Source: Sedimentisphaerales bacterium
Lineage (GTDB): Bacteria; Planctomycetota; Phycisphaerae; Sedimentisphaerales; SM23-30
Direction: 5' to 3'
NCBI GenBank assembly: GCA_963663965.2
Contig: CAXXFK010000030.1
Span: 1 to 64,000, forward strand
Length of the DNA stretch: 64,000 bases
Shown here: positions 29,560 through 38,625 of the stretch, in pieces
How positions within the stretch are numbered: the first letter of the stretch is position 1
How the letters are laid out: the number at the start of each line of letters is the position of its first letter
The notes under the pieces: generated by a model
The model's input: the letters and a program-made list of their open reading frames with translations, nothing else
What the model was told of the DNA's origin: nothing
The model's database searches: none
Program-made: the position numbers and the translations under genes

Positions 29560-31026
29560 ATGGACATGAAGAAACGCACTAAGTCAATTGGCAGCCGGAG
29601 GGAGTTTCTTAAATATTCCATGGCCGGGATTGGATTGGGCTTATGGTCAGTAACGGCTGTTTCGGGAGCGCCTCAGGCGGAGCGTTTGGCGGCGGGTGGT
29701 TTAAGAGGGAATGGCAGGAATGTGTTGTTTATTATTGTGGAAGATTTGAAGAATATCATGGGGTGTTATGGGAATCCGCTGGTGAAGACGCCGAATCTGG
29801 ATCGTCTGGCTCGAAAGGGTGTGGTTTTTGACCGGGCTTATTGTCAGTATCCGGTGTGCAATCCGAGCCGGACCTCGTTTTTAACCGGACTGCGGCCGGA
29901 TACGACTCAAATTCTGGATAATCGGGTTCCCTGGAATACGCATATTAAAAACCAGCCTACGTTGCCCAGATGGTTTAAAGACGATGGTTATTTTACAGTT
30001 AGTCTGGGCAAGATATTTCATGGCCAAGGGGAGCATGATGATGGACCGGCCTGGGATGTGGATCTGGATTATGGTCCGACTGATATCGGGAAAACGGGTG
30101 AAGGACGCAATATGACCGGGGGTAAAGTAAAATGGTGCAGCTGGCTGGCGGCGGAAGGGACCGATATGGACCAGCCGGATGGCCGGCTAGCGGCGAAGGC
30201 GATTGAACTACTGCGGCAAAAGCGGGCAAAGCCATTTTTTATGGCGTTGGGTTTTCATAAGCCGCACGATCCCTTTCATGCCCCGAAAGACTATTTTGAG
30301 CTGTATCCGCTGGAAAAGCTGATGCCGCCGGTGGTGCCGGATAATCGTAGTCCGAAGGAACCGTATGTGATTGGCAGTGAGTGGCATGCTGCTTTTCAGA
30401 AATTTTCACTACAGGAACAGCGCGAGTTTCTGCGCGCTTATTATGCCTGTACCACTTTTACAGACGCGCAGATCGGTAAAGTGATGGATGAACTGGACCG
30501 GCAGGGGCTCTGGAAGGATACGGTGGTGGTATTTGTCGGGGATCATGGTTACAACCTGGGTGAGTATGACTGGTGGAATAAGGCGGTGTTGATGGAAGAT
30601 TCCTGCCGCATTCCGATGATCGCCGTGGTTGAAGGTGAGACAAGGCCCGATACGCGATGCGATCAGTTTGTCGAGATGGTTGATCTGTACCCGACTTTTG
30701 TTGATCTGTGCGGATTGAAAGCCCCTGATAATCTTGAGGGGGTGAGTTTTCGGCCCTTGTTGAGTTCACCGGAGACCCCTTGGAAGAACGCGGTGTTTAC
30801 CCAGGTACAGCGGGGGGAGATTGCGGGCCGGTCGGTGCGGACGAGACGCTGGCGGTATAACGAATGGACCAGAGATGGGAAGGTGTTATCCAGGGAGTTG
30901 TTCGATTATGCCAGCGATCCCCAGGAATATCGAAACCTGGCCGGGATGGATGATTTTAAGGATGTGTGTGATGAATTGAGTCCGCTTTTGAAAGAGGGAT
31001 ATCAAGCGGTGACAATGGGTCATTAA
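29560..31026 (+). CDS. Tat-exported Cys-type sulfatase (iduronate-2-sulfatase-like)
   Basis: SRREFLK; CNPSRTSFLTG; GKIFH; FHKPHDP; GDHG. Confidence 0.92.
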   Translation: MDMKKRTKSIGSRREFLKYSMAGIGLGLWSVTAVSGAPQAERLAAGGLRGNGRNVLFIIVEDLKNIMGCYGNPLVKTPNLDRLARKGVVFDRAYCQYPVCNPSRTSFLTGLRPDTTQILDNRVPWNTHIKNQPTLPRWFKDDGYFTVSLGKIFHGQGEHDDGPAWDVDLDYGPTDIGKTGEGRNMTGGKVKWCSWLAAEGTDMDQPDGRLAAKAIELLRQKRAKPFFMALGFHKPHDPFHAPKDYFELYPLEKLMPPVVPDNRSPKEPYVIGSEWHAAFQKFSLQEQREFLRAYYACTTFTDAQIGKVMDELDRQGLWKDTVVVFVGDHGYNLGEYDWWNKAVLMEDSCRIPMIAVVEGETRPDTRCDQFVEMVDLYPTFVDLCGLKAPDNLEGVSFRPLLSSPETPWKNAVFTQVQRGEIAGRSVRTRRWRYNEWTRDGKVLSRELFDYASDPQEYRNLAGMDDFKDVCDELSPLLKEGYQAVTMGH

Positions 31027-31088
31027 TCGTTTAAAGTAAACAAAAAATCATGAAACAGAATCTAATTTCATTATGAAAGGGTGATCAG

Positions 31089-32309
31089 ATGAACGAGTCA
31101 ACCGATATGAATCGACGTGGATTTCTGGCGAGTGCGGCGGGGTTGTCGCTGGCGGCGGCGACGGGCAATTTATCGGGAGCGGGTGAAGATACGGCCAGGA
31201 TCAAATTGGGTTTGATTGGTTGCGGGCGGCGCGGGACCTGGATCGCGGATCTGTTTGTGAAACATGGCGGTTATGAGCTTTGGGCCTGCGCGGATTATTT
31301 TGCCGATCGGAGCGCGGCGGCGGGCATTCGATTTGGCGTGCCGGGGGAACGGCAGTTTGCGACATTGTCGGCGTATAAACGGTTGCTGGAGAGCGGGGTG
31401 GAGGCGGTGGCGATCGAGAGTCCGCCTTATTTTCATCCGGAGCAGGCGGCCGCGGCGGTCGAGGCGGGGTTGCATGTGTACCTGGCCAAGCCGATGGCGG
31501 TGGACGTGCCGGGGTGTCAGACGGTGCTGGCCAGCGGGAAGGCGGCGCGCGCGAAGAAACAGTGTTTTCTGATCGATTTTCAGACGCGGGCCAACGGCTA
31601 TTTTATCGAAGCGATCAAGCGGGTGCATGACGGGGCGCTGGGCGCGGTGGCGTTTGGCGAGGCTAGCTATCACGCGGATTGCCCGTGGTACGGCGATATG
31701 GAGCTTATGCGCAAAGATCTGAATAATCCGGAGAACCGGTTGATTGGGTGGGGAGTGAATGTGGCGCTGTCGGGCGATATTATCGTTGAACAGAATATCC
31801 ATACCCTGGATGTGATGAACTGGATCATGAAGGTGCCGCCGCTGTCGGCGACGGGTACGGCCGGGCGCAAGGTGCGGCCGCTGGGCGATTGCAGCGATCA
31901 TTATGCCTGTGTGTATCAGTATCCCGACCGGGTTGGGATTACCTTCAGTTCGCGCCAGTTCAAGGGGCATGGGATGCAGCCGGAGGGGATACGCAACCGG
32001 ATGTTTGGCGCGGAAGGCGCGCTGGCCACGGAGTATGGCGGGCAGGTGGTGATCCTGGGCGACCATTTCTACCAGGGGGGCAAGACCTCGGGGATTTATG
32101 GCGAAGGGGCGGCGGCCAATATTGCGACGTTTTATGACAATATCAAGGCGGGGAACTACGACAATGTGACGGTGGAGCCGAGTGTGCAGAGTAACCTGGT
32201 GAGTATCCTGGGGCGGGAGGCCGCGCGGCGTCAGACGACGGTGACCTGGGAGCAGCTGATGAAAGACGCGCCCCGGCTGGAATATGATTTTAAGGGGTTG
32301 AAGCGTTAG
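31089..32309 (+). CDS. Tat-exported Gfo/Idh/MocA oxidoreductase
   Basis: NRRGFL; LIGCGRRG; AKPMA; EQNIHTLD. Confidence 0.9.
   Translation: MNESTDMNRRGFLASAAGLSLAAATGNLSGAGEDTARIKLGLIGCGRRGTWIADLFVKHGGYELWACADYFADRSAAAGIRFGVPGERQFATLSAYKRLLESGVEAVAIESPPYFHPEQAAAAVEAGLHVYLAKPMAVDVPGCQTVLASGKAARAKKQCFLIDFQTRANGYFIEAIKRVHDGALGAVAFGEASYHADCPWYGDMELMRKDLNNPENRLIGWGVNVALSGDIIVEQNIHTLDVMNWIMKVPPLSATGTAGRKVRPLGDCSDHYACVYQYPDRVGITFSSRQFKGHGMQPEGIRNRMFGAEGALATEYGGQVVILGDHFYQGGKTSGIYGEGAAANIATFYDNIKAGNYDNVTVEPSVQSNLVSILGREAARRQTTVTWEQLMKDAPRLEYDFKGLKR
32273..32309 (+). repeat. 37-bp direct repeat, left copy (attL-like; the oxidoreductase 3' end)
   Basis: CCGGCTGGAATATGATTTTAAGGGGTTGAAGCGTTAG, identical at 34735-34771. 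Confidence 0.92.
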
Positions 32310-32344
32310 AGATTAATCTCATATGATAAGACAGGTTTCTGGTA

Positions 32345-33163
32345 ATGGCTAACAAAAATCAGCCGGTGGCATATGCCCGGATTCATGTTCTGATGGCCCG
32401 GAGCGCGCTGTATGGGGTGGTTATGCGACGGGGGCCGTCTAAGCAGGTTTGTACGATCGGGTGGGACCGGGAGCATGATACTTTCCAGATCGGGCAGTGG
32501 CTGAAGGGGCGTATTTATGAACGGCGCTGCGATTTGTCGCCGGATGGCAAACGCATGATTTATTTTGCCATGAACGGGAAATGGCAGTCAGATGTCGGGG
32601 GGAGTTGGACGGCCATTTCCAGGGCGCCGTATCTGAACTCGGACATGCTGGAGGGTAAGGGAGACTGTTGGCATGGGGGTGGTCTTTTTATGGATAATGA
32701 GACTTACTGGATTAACGACGGGTATGGCCATAAAGTTGTTCCGGGTCATGCTCCTTTCGATTTCAGTTTTAAAGAGAATAATTATCTCGGAGAATGTCCG
32801 GGTGTTTATTATCCTCGACTCAAGCGTGACGGCTGGGTGATGACAGGAAAAACCGATACGATCAGTTCTTTTGAGAAAGAGTTGTGGGGCGGCTGGATAT
32901 TGCGGAAGCAAGCTTATGCTACAATCGATCATCCGCCCGGCAAGGGGTGTTATTATGATGAACATGAATTGATCCATACGACAAGAGGGAAGGCTATTCG
33001 CCATCCAGATTGGGAATGGGCCGAACGGGATCGGGACCGTCTGGTCTGGGCCGAGAAGGGGTGTTTGTACACCGGCACGCTAAATAATGATGGGCTGGCA
33101 GAGATTCAGTTGCTGCGGGATTTTAACGATATGGTTTTTGAGCCGATTAAGGCGCCTTATTAA
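32345..33163 (+). CDS. Hypothetical Trp-rich protein
   Basis: 272-aa ORF; RRGPSK, GRIYERRCDLSPDG. Confidence 0.7.
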   Translation: MANKNQPVAYARIHVLMARSALYGVVMRRGPSKQVCTIGWDREHDTFQIGQWLKGRIYERRCDLSPDGKRMIYFAMNGKWQSDVGGSWTAISRAPYLNSDMLEGKGDCWHGGGLFMDNETYWINDGYGHKVVPGHAPFDFSFKENNYLGECPGVYYPRLKRDGWVMTGKTDTISSFEKELWGGWILRKQAYATIDHPPGKGCYYDEHELIHTTRGKAIRHPDWEWAERDRDRLVWAEKGCLYTGTLNNDGLAEIQLLRDFNDMVFEPIKAPY

Positions 33164-33235
33164 CCTGAAGTTGCTTAAAGAGATTTTTCAGGTAATTCAT
33201 AAAATCACTCAAAATCCTTGGGCAAATACAATGTC

Positions 33236-33305
33236 TTGGCCCCGACGCTCGATGGACCTAAATTGCACAATCGAACTCCTTGCCGGTCAATGGAACTTTC
33301 TGCAT
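33236..33305 (-). pseudogene. Decayed 5' fragment of a GxxExxY gene
   Basis: MQKVPLTGKEFDCAI*VHRASGP vs MQKDPLTGKVIGCAIEVHRALGP. Confidence 0.85.
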
Positions 33306-33334
33306 CTTATACCTCAATACAATAAACAACAATA

Positions 33335-33473
33335 ACCACAGAGGGCACAGAGAACACAGAGTAAAATAACAGCCGCCAGTGGCTTGTTGACGAATAATAA
33401 GATACCCGAACATAGGAATAAAATCTTGTGGGTGCAATGAAATCTGAGTGTTTTTCTCTGTGCCCTTTGTGGT
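33335..33473. repeat. Inverted-repeat-bounded segment 1 (CACAGAG 9-bp periodic arms)
   Basis: ACCACAGAGGGCACAGAG ... CTCTGTGCCCTTTGTGGT (17/18). Confidence 0.88.
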
Positions 33474-33572
33474 AGTATTTTTTCAAAACCTGTCATATTT
33501 TCATTATCGACTTTTTGTCTTAACGTATGTAAAAATTCGTTCGTCGCTTCTTTTCATGGAGCAAAGGAGTCT

Positions 33573-34016
33573 TTATATCTTTTTAATCAGATCAGCAAAA
33601 TGGGCCGGGTATTGAACCGTTTTATTGGAGACATGATCAAAAAGAGTCTCGCCGCGAATTTCATATCTGGCCAGTAACGTTTGGGTATCGAAAACCAGCA
33701 TGCCGCCAATGGATAGACGGCGGAACAGCGCGTAAGTTACAGAAGCCATCGTCATCAGTTGTAAAGGCCGAAAGTCCGCGTCGGACCATGGAGTGCGAAT
33801 ACTGATTTTATATTGAAAGTTTTCAACGTCCAGCTCGCCATCATTTTCAAGGGTATGTTCGCCAAAATAAAATTCCATACCCAAAAGCCAACAGAAACGA
33901 TAGTCATCGGGATCTTCGCGTGAGGCAAACCGGCACCCAATCCATCCTTCCAGATCTTTGAGCAACGTCTCCTGATCGCCATCGTAATTAAACAAGAAAT
34001 CTATTGTAATACTCAT
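33573..34016 (-). CDS. Acidic hypothetical protein, possibly immunity-like
   Basis: 147-aa ORF co-oriented directly downstream of GxxExxY. Confidence 0.6.
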   Translation of the reverse strand: MSITIDFLFNYDGDQETLLKDLEGWIGCRFASREDPDDYRFCWLLGMEFYFGEHTLENDGELDVENFQYKISIRTPWSDADFRPLQLMTMASVTYALFRRLSIGGMLVFDTQTLLARYEIRGETLFDHVSNKTVQYPAHFADLIKKI

Positions 34017-34049
34017 ATATTCATTTTCTGAAGGGATATCACAAAGCCC

Positions 34050-34421
34050 CTAAAACACGTACCGTTGAATGCCGTCAACCAGCCTCAGCACATTAAAATT
34101 GATTAACAATCCCTTATGGATATCCGCCAGTTTCATATAGGTCATTAATTGGGCCTTATGGATCTCCTGGACCGTATCTACCGCCTTCAACTCTACAATC
34201 AGCTTGCCTTCGACCATGAGATCTATTCTGTAGCCACAATCCAGTTTTATCCCTTTATAGACCACCGGTAGCGATGCTTCGACTTGATGTGTCACAGCAT
34301 TCAATCCCAACTCGTGAGCCAGACATTTCTGGTAAGTCGATTCCAGCAATCCCGGCCCCAATGCCCGATGAACTTCAATCGCACAACCAATCACTTTTCC
34401 TGTCAATGGGTCTTTTTGCAT
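34050..34421 (-). CDS. GxxExxY family protein (PD-(D/E)XK nuclease-like)
   Basis: LGPGLLESTY, YRIDLMVE, IVELKAV, QLMTYMK, GLLINF; GGAGG RBS before ATG 34421. Confidence 0.95.
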   Translation of the reverse strand: MQKDPLTGKVIGCAIEVHRALGPGLLESTYQKCLAHELGLNAVTHQVEASLPVVYKGIKLDCGYRIDLMVEGKLIVELKAVDTVQEIHKAQLMTYMKLADIHKGLLINFNVLRLVDGIQRYVF

Positions 34422-34449
34422 CTTACACCTCCACTCAATAAAAGCACTA

Positions 34450-34623
34450 ACCACAGAGGGCGCAGGGTTCACAGAGAAAAAACACTTGTGATTAAACACT
34501 CAGATTCCATTATAACAACAAGCCATTTATAATCAATTTATTTCTATGTTCTATATGCCGTTATCCGTTAGCTAGTCATTGGCGACTTTTGTTTTACTCT
34601 GAGTTCTTAGCGCCCTCTGTGGT
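34450..34623. repeat. Inverted-repeat-bounded segment 2
   Basis: Perfect 14-bp IR ACCACAGAGGGCGC / GCGCCCTCTGTGGT, extending imperfectly to 27 bp. Confidence 0.9.
34509..34536 (-). promoter_or_regulatory. Sigma70-like promoter inside segment 2, facing GxxExxY
   Basis: Minus strand TTGATT, 16-bp spacer, TATAAT with TGn extended -10. Confidence 0.6.
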
Positions 34624-34734
34624 AACAATATTTTTATCAGCCCGGTCGATTCGTAAAAAGCAGGCTCATTTACCCTTCTCCCTGTCTCATGGTACCATTT
34701 CGATCATGTGAGAGCAGTTGAAGAAAGATGCGAT

Positions 34735-34771
34735 CCGGCTGGAATATGATTTTAAGGGGTTGAAGCGTTAG
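34735..34771 (+). repeat. 37-bp direct repeat, right copy (attR-like)
   Basis: Identical to 32273-32309; 18/23 similarity continues upstream. Confidence 0.92.
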
Positions 34772-34893
34772 GCTTGATCTGCATTTATAGATTTAAGGGC
34801 TCCCCTAAAAATTCAATATGTGAATTATTTCCAGAAATTCTATGTATGTTTATTCCGCATGGAGCGAGGCCCCGTTCGCGAAACTGTTCCTTA

Positions 34894-37437
34894 TTAATCC
34901 TTGAGAAGGAAAAGTCCGTCTTTAGGTCCGAGCGTGACGGTTTGGGCTATGGCTGTTCCGTTGTTGGTCCGGGTGTCCTGGTTGGCGGTCGCCTGGAGTC
35001 GACGGTAGCTGTTGCCGGGGGCGATCTGTGACAGGTCGAAGGTGAAGGGTTTCAGGCCGGGATTGGCCAGGACGATCCCCTTTTCGTAGATTCGATACAT
35101 GGCGTCGGGCTTGTTGTGGAGGGTCATCGACGAGATGGTGACAGGTTCTGTGCCCTCGATGTAACAGGTCAGGTTGATGGTATTGGATTTGATGTGGCGG
35201 TAGTAGAACGTTGAGGCGAGGGGTTCGGAGCCCGCCCAGGTCATGAAACGTTCCGGCGGGGTCAGTCGTTCCGGATCGACGTTCTTTGGGATGATAAAGA
35301 CGTCCGACCAATAGGCGTGGTCGGTCGTGGCATTGTTCTGCGGCCCGCAGTCGGCAACGAATTTCAGGCGGATTTGCTTGTCCGCATAGGGTGTGAGGTT
35401 GACGGTCAGGTCTGTCCATTTGTATTCTTTGGTATGCGTTTCTTTAAGTTTTTTGAAGGGCCCCGGTGTGCCATTGGTGAGTTCGGCCGCATGGATACTG
35501 AACCAGACACCATCGCTTCTGGTTGGGCTTTTCGGTCCCATACCGATGGCGCAGGTAAGTACGGCGTCCCCGGTGAGCTGAACATCCCTGGTCCAATAGA
35601 CGTAGCCTTTCGAGTCGACATAGGGCGGGTGGACAAAGAACGCGTCGCGCTGTTCTTGGCCGATGGTGGGGCGCTGGCGTCGGAACATGGCGCCCGAGGC
35701 TGGGTCGAGGGGCTGTTCATCCCGGCCGCGCAGTCCCATGCCGATATCGGGCTCATCCCCGGTCATCAGGTTGATCCCGCTCGACGCTTCGAGCTGGATG
35801 AAGCGGGCACAGGTCTCAGGGTAATCCTTCATGGGCTCCGCCTTCATAACGAGAGATACCGTTAAATCTGGGCCAGTGGTCGGGATATTACGAATGGAGA
35901 AGTGATAACCGTCAGGCGACAGCGACCTGGGTGACACGCACAGTCCATCGGGTTTTGTGTTGAGTGTGACATCACCTGTAATGCACTGTATCAGCGGCTT
36001 GCCGTTGAGCAGGTCGGGGGATTTCATTGCCAGGTGGACAGCGGGTCCGACCGGCTTCCCAAGCCAGCCTAATTTGTTGTCGACACCGCAGCGTAATTCA
36101 TCCCAGATGCCGAACTTGCCATCAGGATCGCTCGCCGGCGGGAAGGCATAACAGATGGCCGTGTCCGTGAAGCAGCCGGCAGCAAAGACCAGTCGATGGA
36201 TATTGAATTCAACCTCCGGACGGCGTTGCGCGCCGGGCGGTCCGCCGGGTACGCTTTCGACGTACTTGTGATTGATGTAATTAAATACGGGCTTACGGGC
36301 ATAGGCCTGCCAGGCGCTGTGGCGATTCAGACCTCCGGACCAGTTGTGAACTTCAGGATCGCCCAGGTCCGGCCAGCCCTCGCTCTCGATGCCGTTGAGG
36401 TATCCCCAGGCGCGCTGTGATCGGACGCTGTCGGGGCCAAGCGCACCGTCACCAAGGATCAGGAAATCATCGCCCATGCGTTCTCGCAGCTGACGGCAGA
36501 ACTTGACCATGCCGATACCGTAGTGATTGATGCCGTCGATGACACCGTCATCCTCGATGCCGTTGCCGCTGGTGTCGCCGTGCGTGTCGTTGAAGAGCAC
36601 GTCGAACTCAAGACCGTCGTATTGAGCCAGCGGGCCAGTGGGTCCGAACCATCGCGCGATGTCATCGATGTAGCGATCGGCCGCAGTCTTGCCGGTACTG
36701 TCTTTCGGGCAAAGATCTGAGAAGTTGTAGTACCACATGATATTGTTGTTCTTACCCCACGGGCCCTCGACCTGATGGGCAACGGCACGGGCTTTTCCGG
36801 CCGTGAACGCCAGCGGCTTCGTCCCGTATTGGCCGCGACGTACCCGGATGGTGTTGGTATTCATATCGATGGAAACGAGCTGAACTTCTTCGCAGCAATC
36901 CCAGTCGTACGTACCGTCGGCCTTGAGTCTGAACAACGCGATATCATCATTGCTGTCGGCGTATCGTCCCATTTTTACGCGGAATCGGCCTGCGTCACTG
37001 ACCTGAATAGTCGTCTCGCCTGTGACGGCAGGAATATCGTGCAGGATTTCGGCGGGAGTGCGGTAGATCCAATGGCCCGGGAAGAAGTTGGATGCCTCGA
37101 ATCGCGGGTCGCGGGCGTTGCCGTTGAGATGGAGCAATACGACCTGGTCCGGGTGCTCGTGTTTGAACCGGCTGAAGACCGCCGGGTTGTTTTTCATGCG
37201 GCCCTGGACCTCCTCGTCGAGAGATTTGCCGATGATACCCATCAGCCGGCTGTAGTCGGCATGCCATTTGTCGTAATCGAAATTCGTTTGGGCCGGCGGC
37301 CCCTCGCACGATCGGAAGAAAAACGCGCGTGGCCAGCCGTCGTTAAGGATGCGCAGTTGCCCGGGATTGCGTGTCTGTCCGCTGATGCCGGTTGCCGTCA
37401 GTATTGCAGTAAGGATAATTATAAACCTACTGTGCAT
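34894..37437 (-). CDS. Large secreted hypothetical protein, possibly glycoside-hydrolase-like
   Basis: Signal peptide from MHSRF; DGLEFD and NGIESEG; beta-sandwich-like C-terminus. Confidence 0.65.
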   Translation of the reverse strand: MHSRFIIILTAILTATGISGQTRNPGQLRILNDGWPRAFFFRSCEGPPAQTNFDYDKWHADYSRLMGIIGKSLDEEVQGRMKNNPAVFSRFKHEHPDQVVLLHLNGNARDPRFEASNFFPGHWIYRTPAEILHDIPAVTGETTIQVSDAGRFRVKMGRYADSNDDIALFRLKADGTYDWDCCEEVQLVSIDMNTNTIRVRRGQYGTKPLAFTAGKARAVAHQVEGPWGKNNNIMWYYNFSDLCPKDSTGKTAADRYIDDIARWFGPTGPLAQYDGLEFDVLFNDTHGDTSGNGIEDDGVIDGINHYGIGMVKFCRQLRERMGDDFLILGDGALGPDSVRSQRAWGYLNGIESEGWPDLGDPEVHNWSGGLNRHSAWQAYARKPVFNYINHKYVESVPGGPPGAQRRPEVEFNIHRLVFAAGCFTDTAICYAFPPASDPDGKFGIWDELRCGVDNKLGWLGKPVGPAVHLAMKSPDLLNGKPLIQCITGDVTLNTKPDGLCVSPRSLSPDGYHFSIRNIPTTGPDLTVSLVMKAEPMKDYPETCARFIQLEASSGINLMTGDEPDIGMGLRGRDEQPLDPASGAMFRRQRPTIGQEQRDAFFVHPPYVDSKGYVYWTRDVQLTGDAVLTCAIGMGPKSPTRSDGVWFSIHAAELTNGTPGPFKKLKETHTKEYKWTDLTVNLTPYADKQIRLKFVADCGPQNNATTDHAYWSDVFIIPKNVDPERLTPPERFMTWAGSEPLASTFYYRHIKSNTINLTCYIEGTEPVTISSMTLHNKPDAMYRIYEKGIVLANPGLKPFTFDLSQIAPGNSYRRLQATANQDTRTNNGTAIAQTVTLGPKDGLFLLKD

Positions 37438-37577
37438 TTTGATACTCCATGTTCTAGGCGCCGTAATAGCGCACCTGACAAAATGAATTTCCACCTGCAA
37501 CCGGTTGCCAAAACGGGCCGCTTTGTTCCAGGAGCCAAATATCCTCAACAGCTTGTCAGCCACTCATAGTTTATTTT

Positions 37578-38366
37578 TCAAGGTGCGATTTCGCCGACGT
37601 GGTTGAGGATGAGGCCGGGTTGGTAGGGGTAGTTGTTGAGGTCGTCCATCTGGGTGATACCGGAGAGGACCAGGATGGTATCGATTTCGGATTCAATCCC
37701 GGCGATGATATCGGTATCCATGCGGTCGCCGATAATGGCGGTTTCTTCGCGTCGGCACTGGATGAGTTTAAGAGCGTGGCGCATGATGAGCGGGTTGGGC
37801 TTACCGATGAAGTAGGCGTTGCGTTTGGTGGCCAGTTCGATGGGCGCGACCAGGGCGCGGCAGGCGGGCGAGATGCCATATTCAGTGGGGCCGGTGATAT
37901 CGGGATTGGTGCCGATGAGTTTGGCGCCGTTGATGACATGGCGAACGGCCAGTTCGAGTTTTTCGAAGCCGTAGGAACGGGTTTCGCCGATGACGACGTA
38001 GTCGGGTTTGCTTTCGTCGATGACCAGGCCAGCGTCGTGCAGGGCCTGGGTCAGGCCAGGATCGCCAATGACAAAGACGCGGCCGCCGGGACACTGTGAG
38101 GCGATGAACCAGGCGGTGGCCATGGCCGAAGTAATGAAATGATCTTCGGTGACGTGGATACCCAGTCCGGCGAGCTTGCTTTTGAGTTCGCGGGGTGACC
38201 GGGCGGAACTGTTGGTCAGGAAGAGAAATTGTTTATTGGATTGCTGGAGCCATTGCACAAAATGCCGGGCGCCGTCAAGGACCCGGCTGCCATGGTAAAT
38301 GACACCGTCCATATCACAGATAAAGCCGCGTTTGTTCCGGATACTGGTCAGGTCCGGTTTCTGCAT
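37578..38366 (-). CDS. HAD-IIA hydrolase (NagD-like)
   Basis: DMDGVIY, LTNSS, GKPNP, IGDRMDTDI. Confidence 0.92.
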   Translation of the reverse strand: MQKPDLTSIRNKRGFICDMDGVIYHGSRVLDGARHFVQWLQQSNKQFLFLTNSSARSPRELKSKLAGLGIHVTEDHFITSAMATAWFIASQCPGGRVFVIGDPGLTQALHDAGLVIDESKPDYVVIGETRSYGFEKLELAVRHVINGAKLIGTNPDITGPTEYGISPACRALVAPIELATKRNAYFIGKPNPLIMRHALKLIQCRREETAIIGDRMDTDIIAGIESEIDTILVLSGITQMDDLNNYPYQPGLILNHVGEIAP

Positions 38367-38625
38367 GAGTTTACTCCATTTAAGTGTGCCGGGCGTTTTT
38401 GGCGCTTGATGAAAACACTGGATCAGTTTATATTGATATTATCCCGGCAACGCCGGTACCAAACAGGGTTACGGCAGCATTTGCCTCCCTGTCAGGATTT
38501 ATTTGCCATTTTGTGCAATATTCTTCTCGTAAAAGCTTATTATGTCATGATCCGGGCAAAATGCAACAGGTGGCTAAAAATGTCCGGCCCGGGCCGCTTG
38601 AGCCTATTGTGAAAGGAACTCACTG

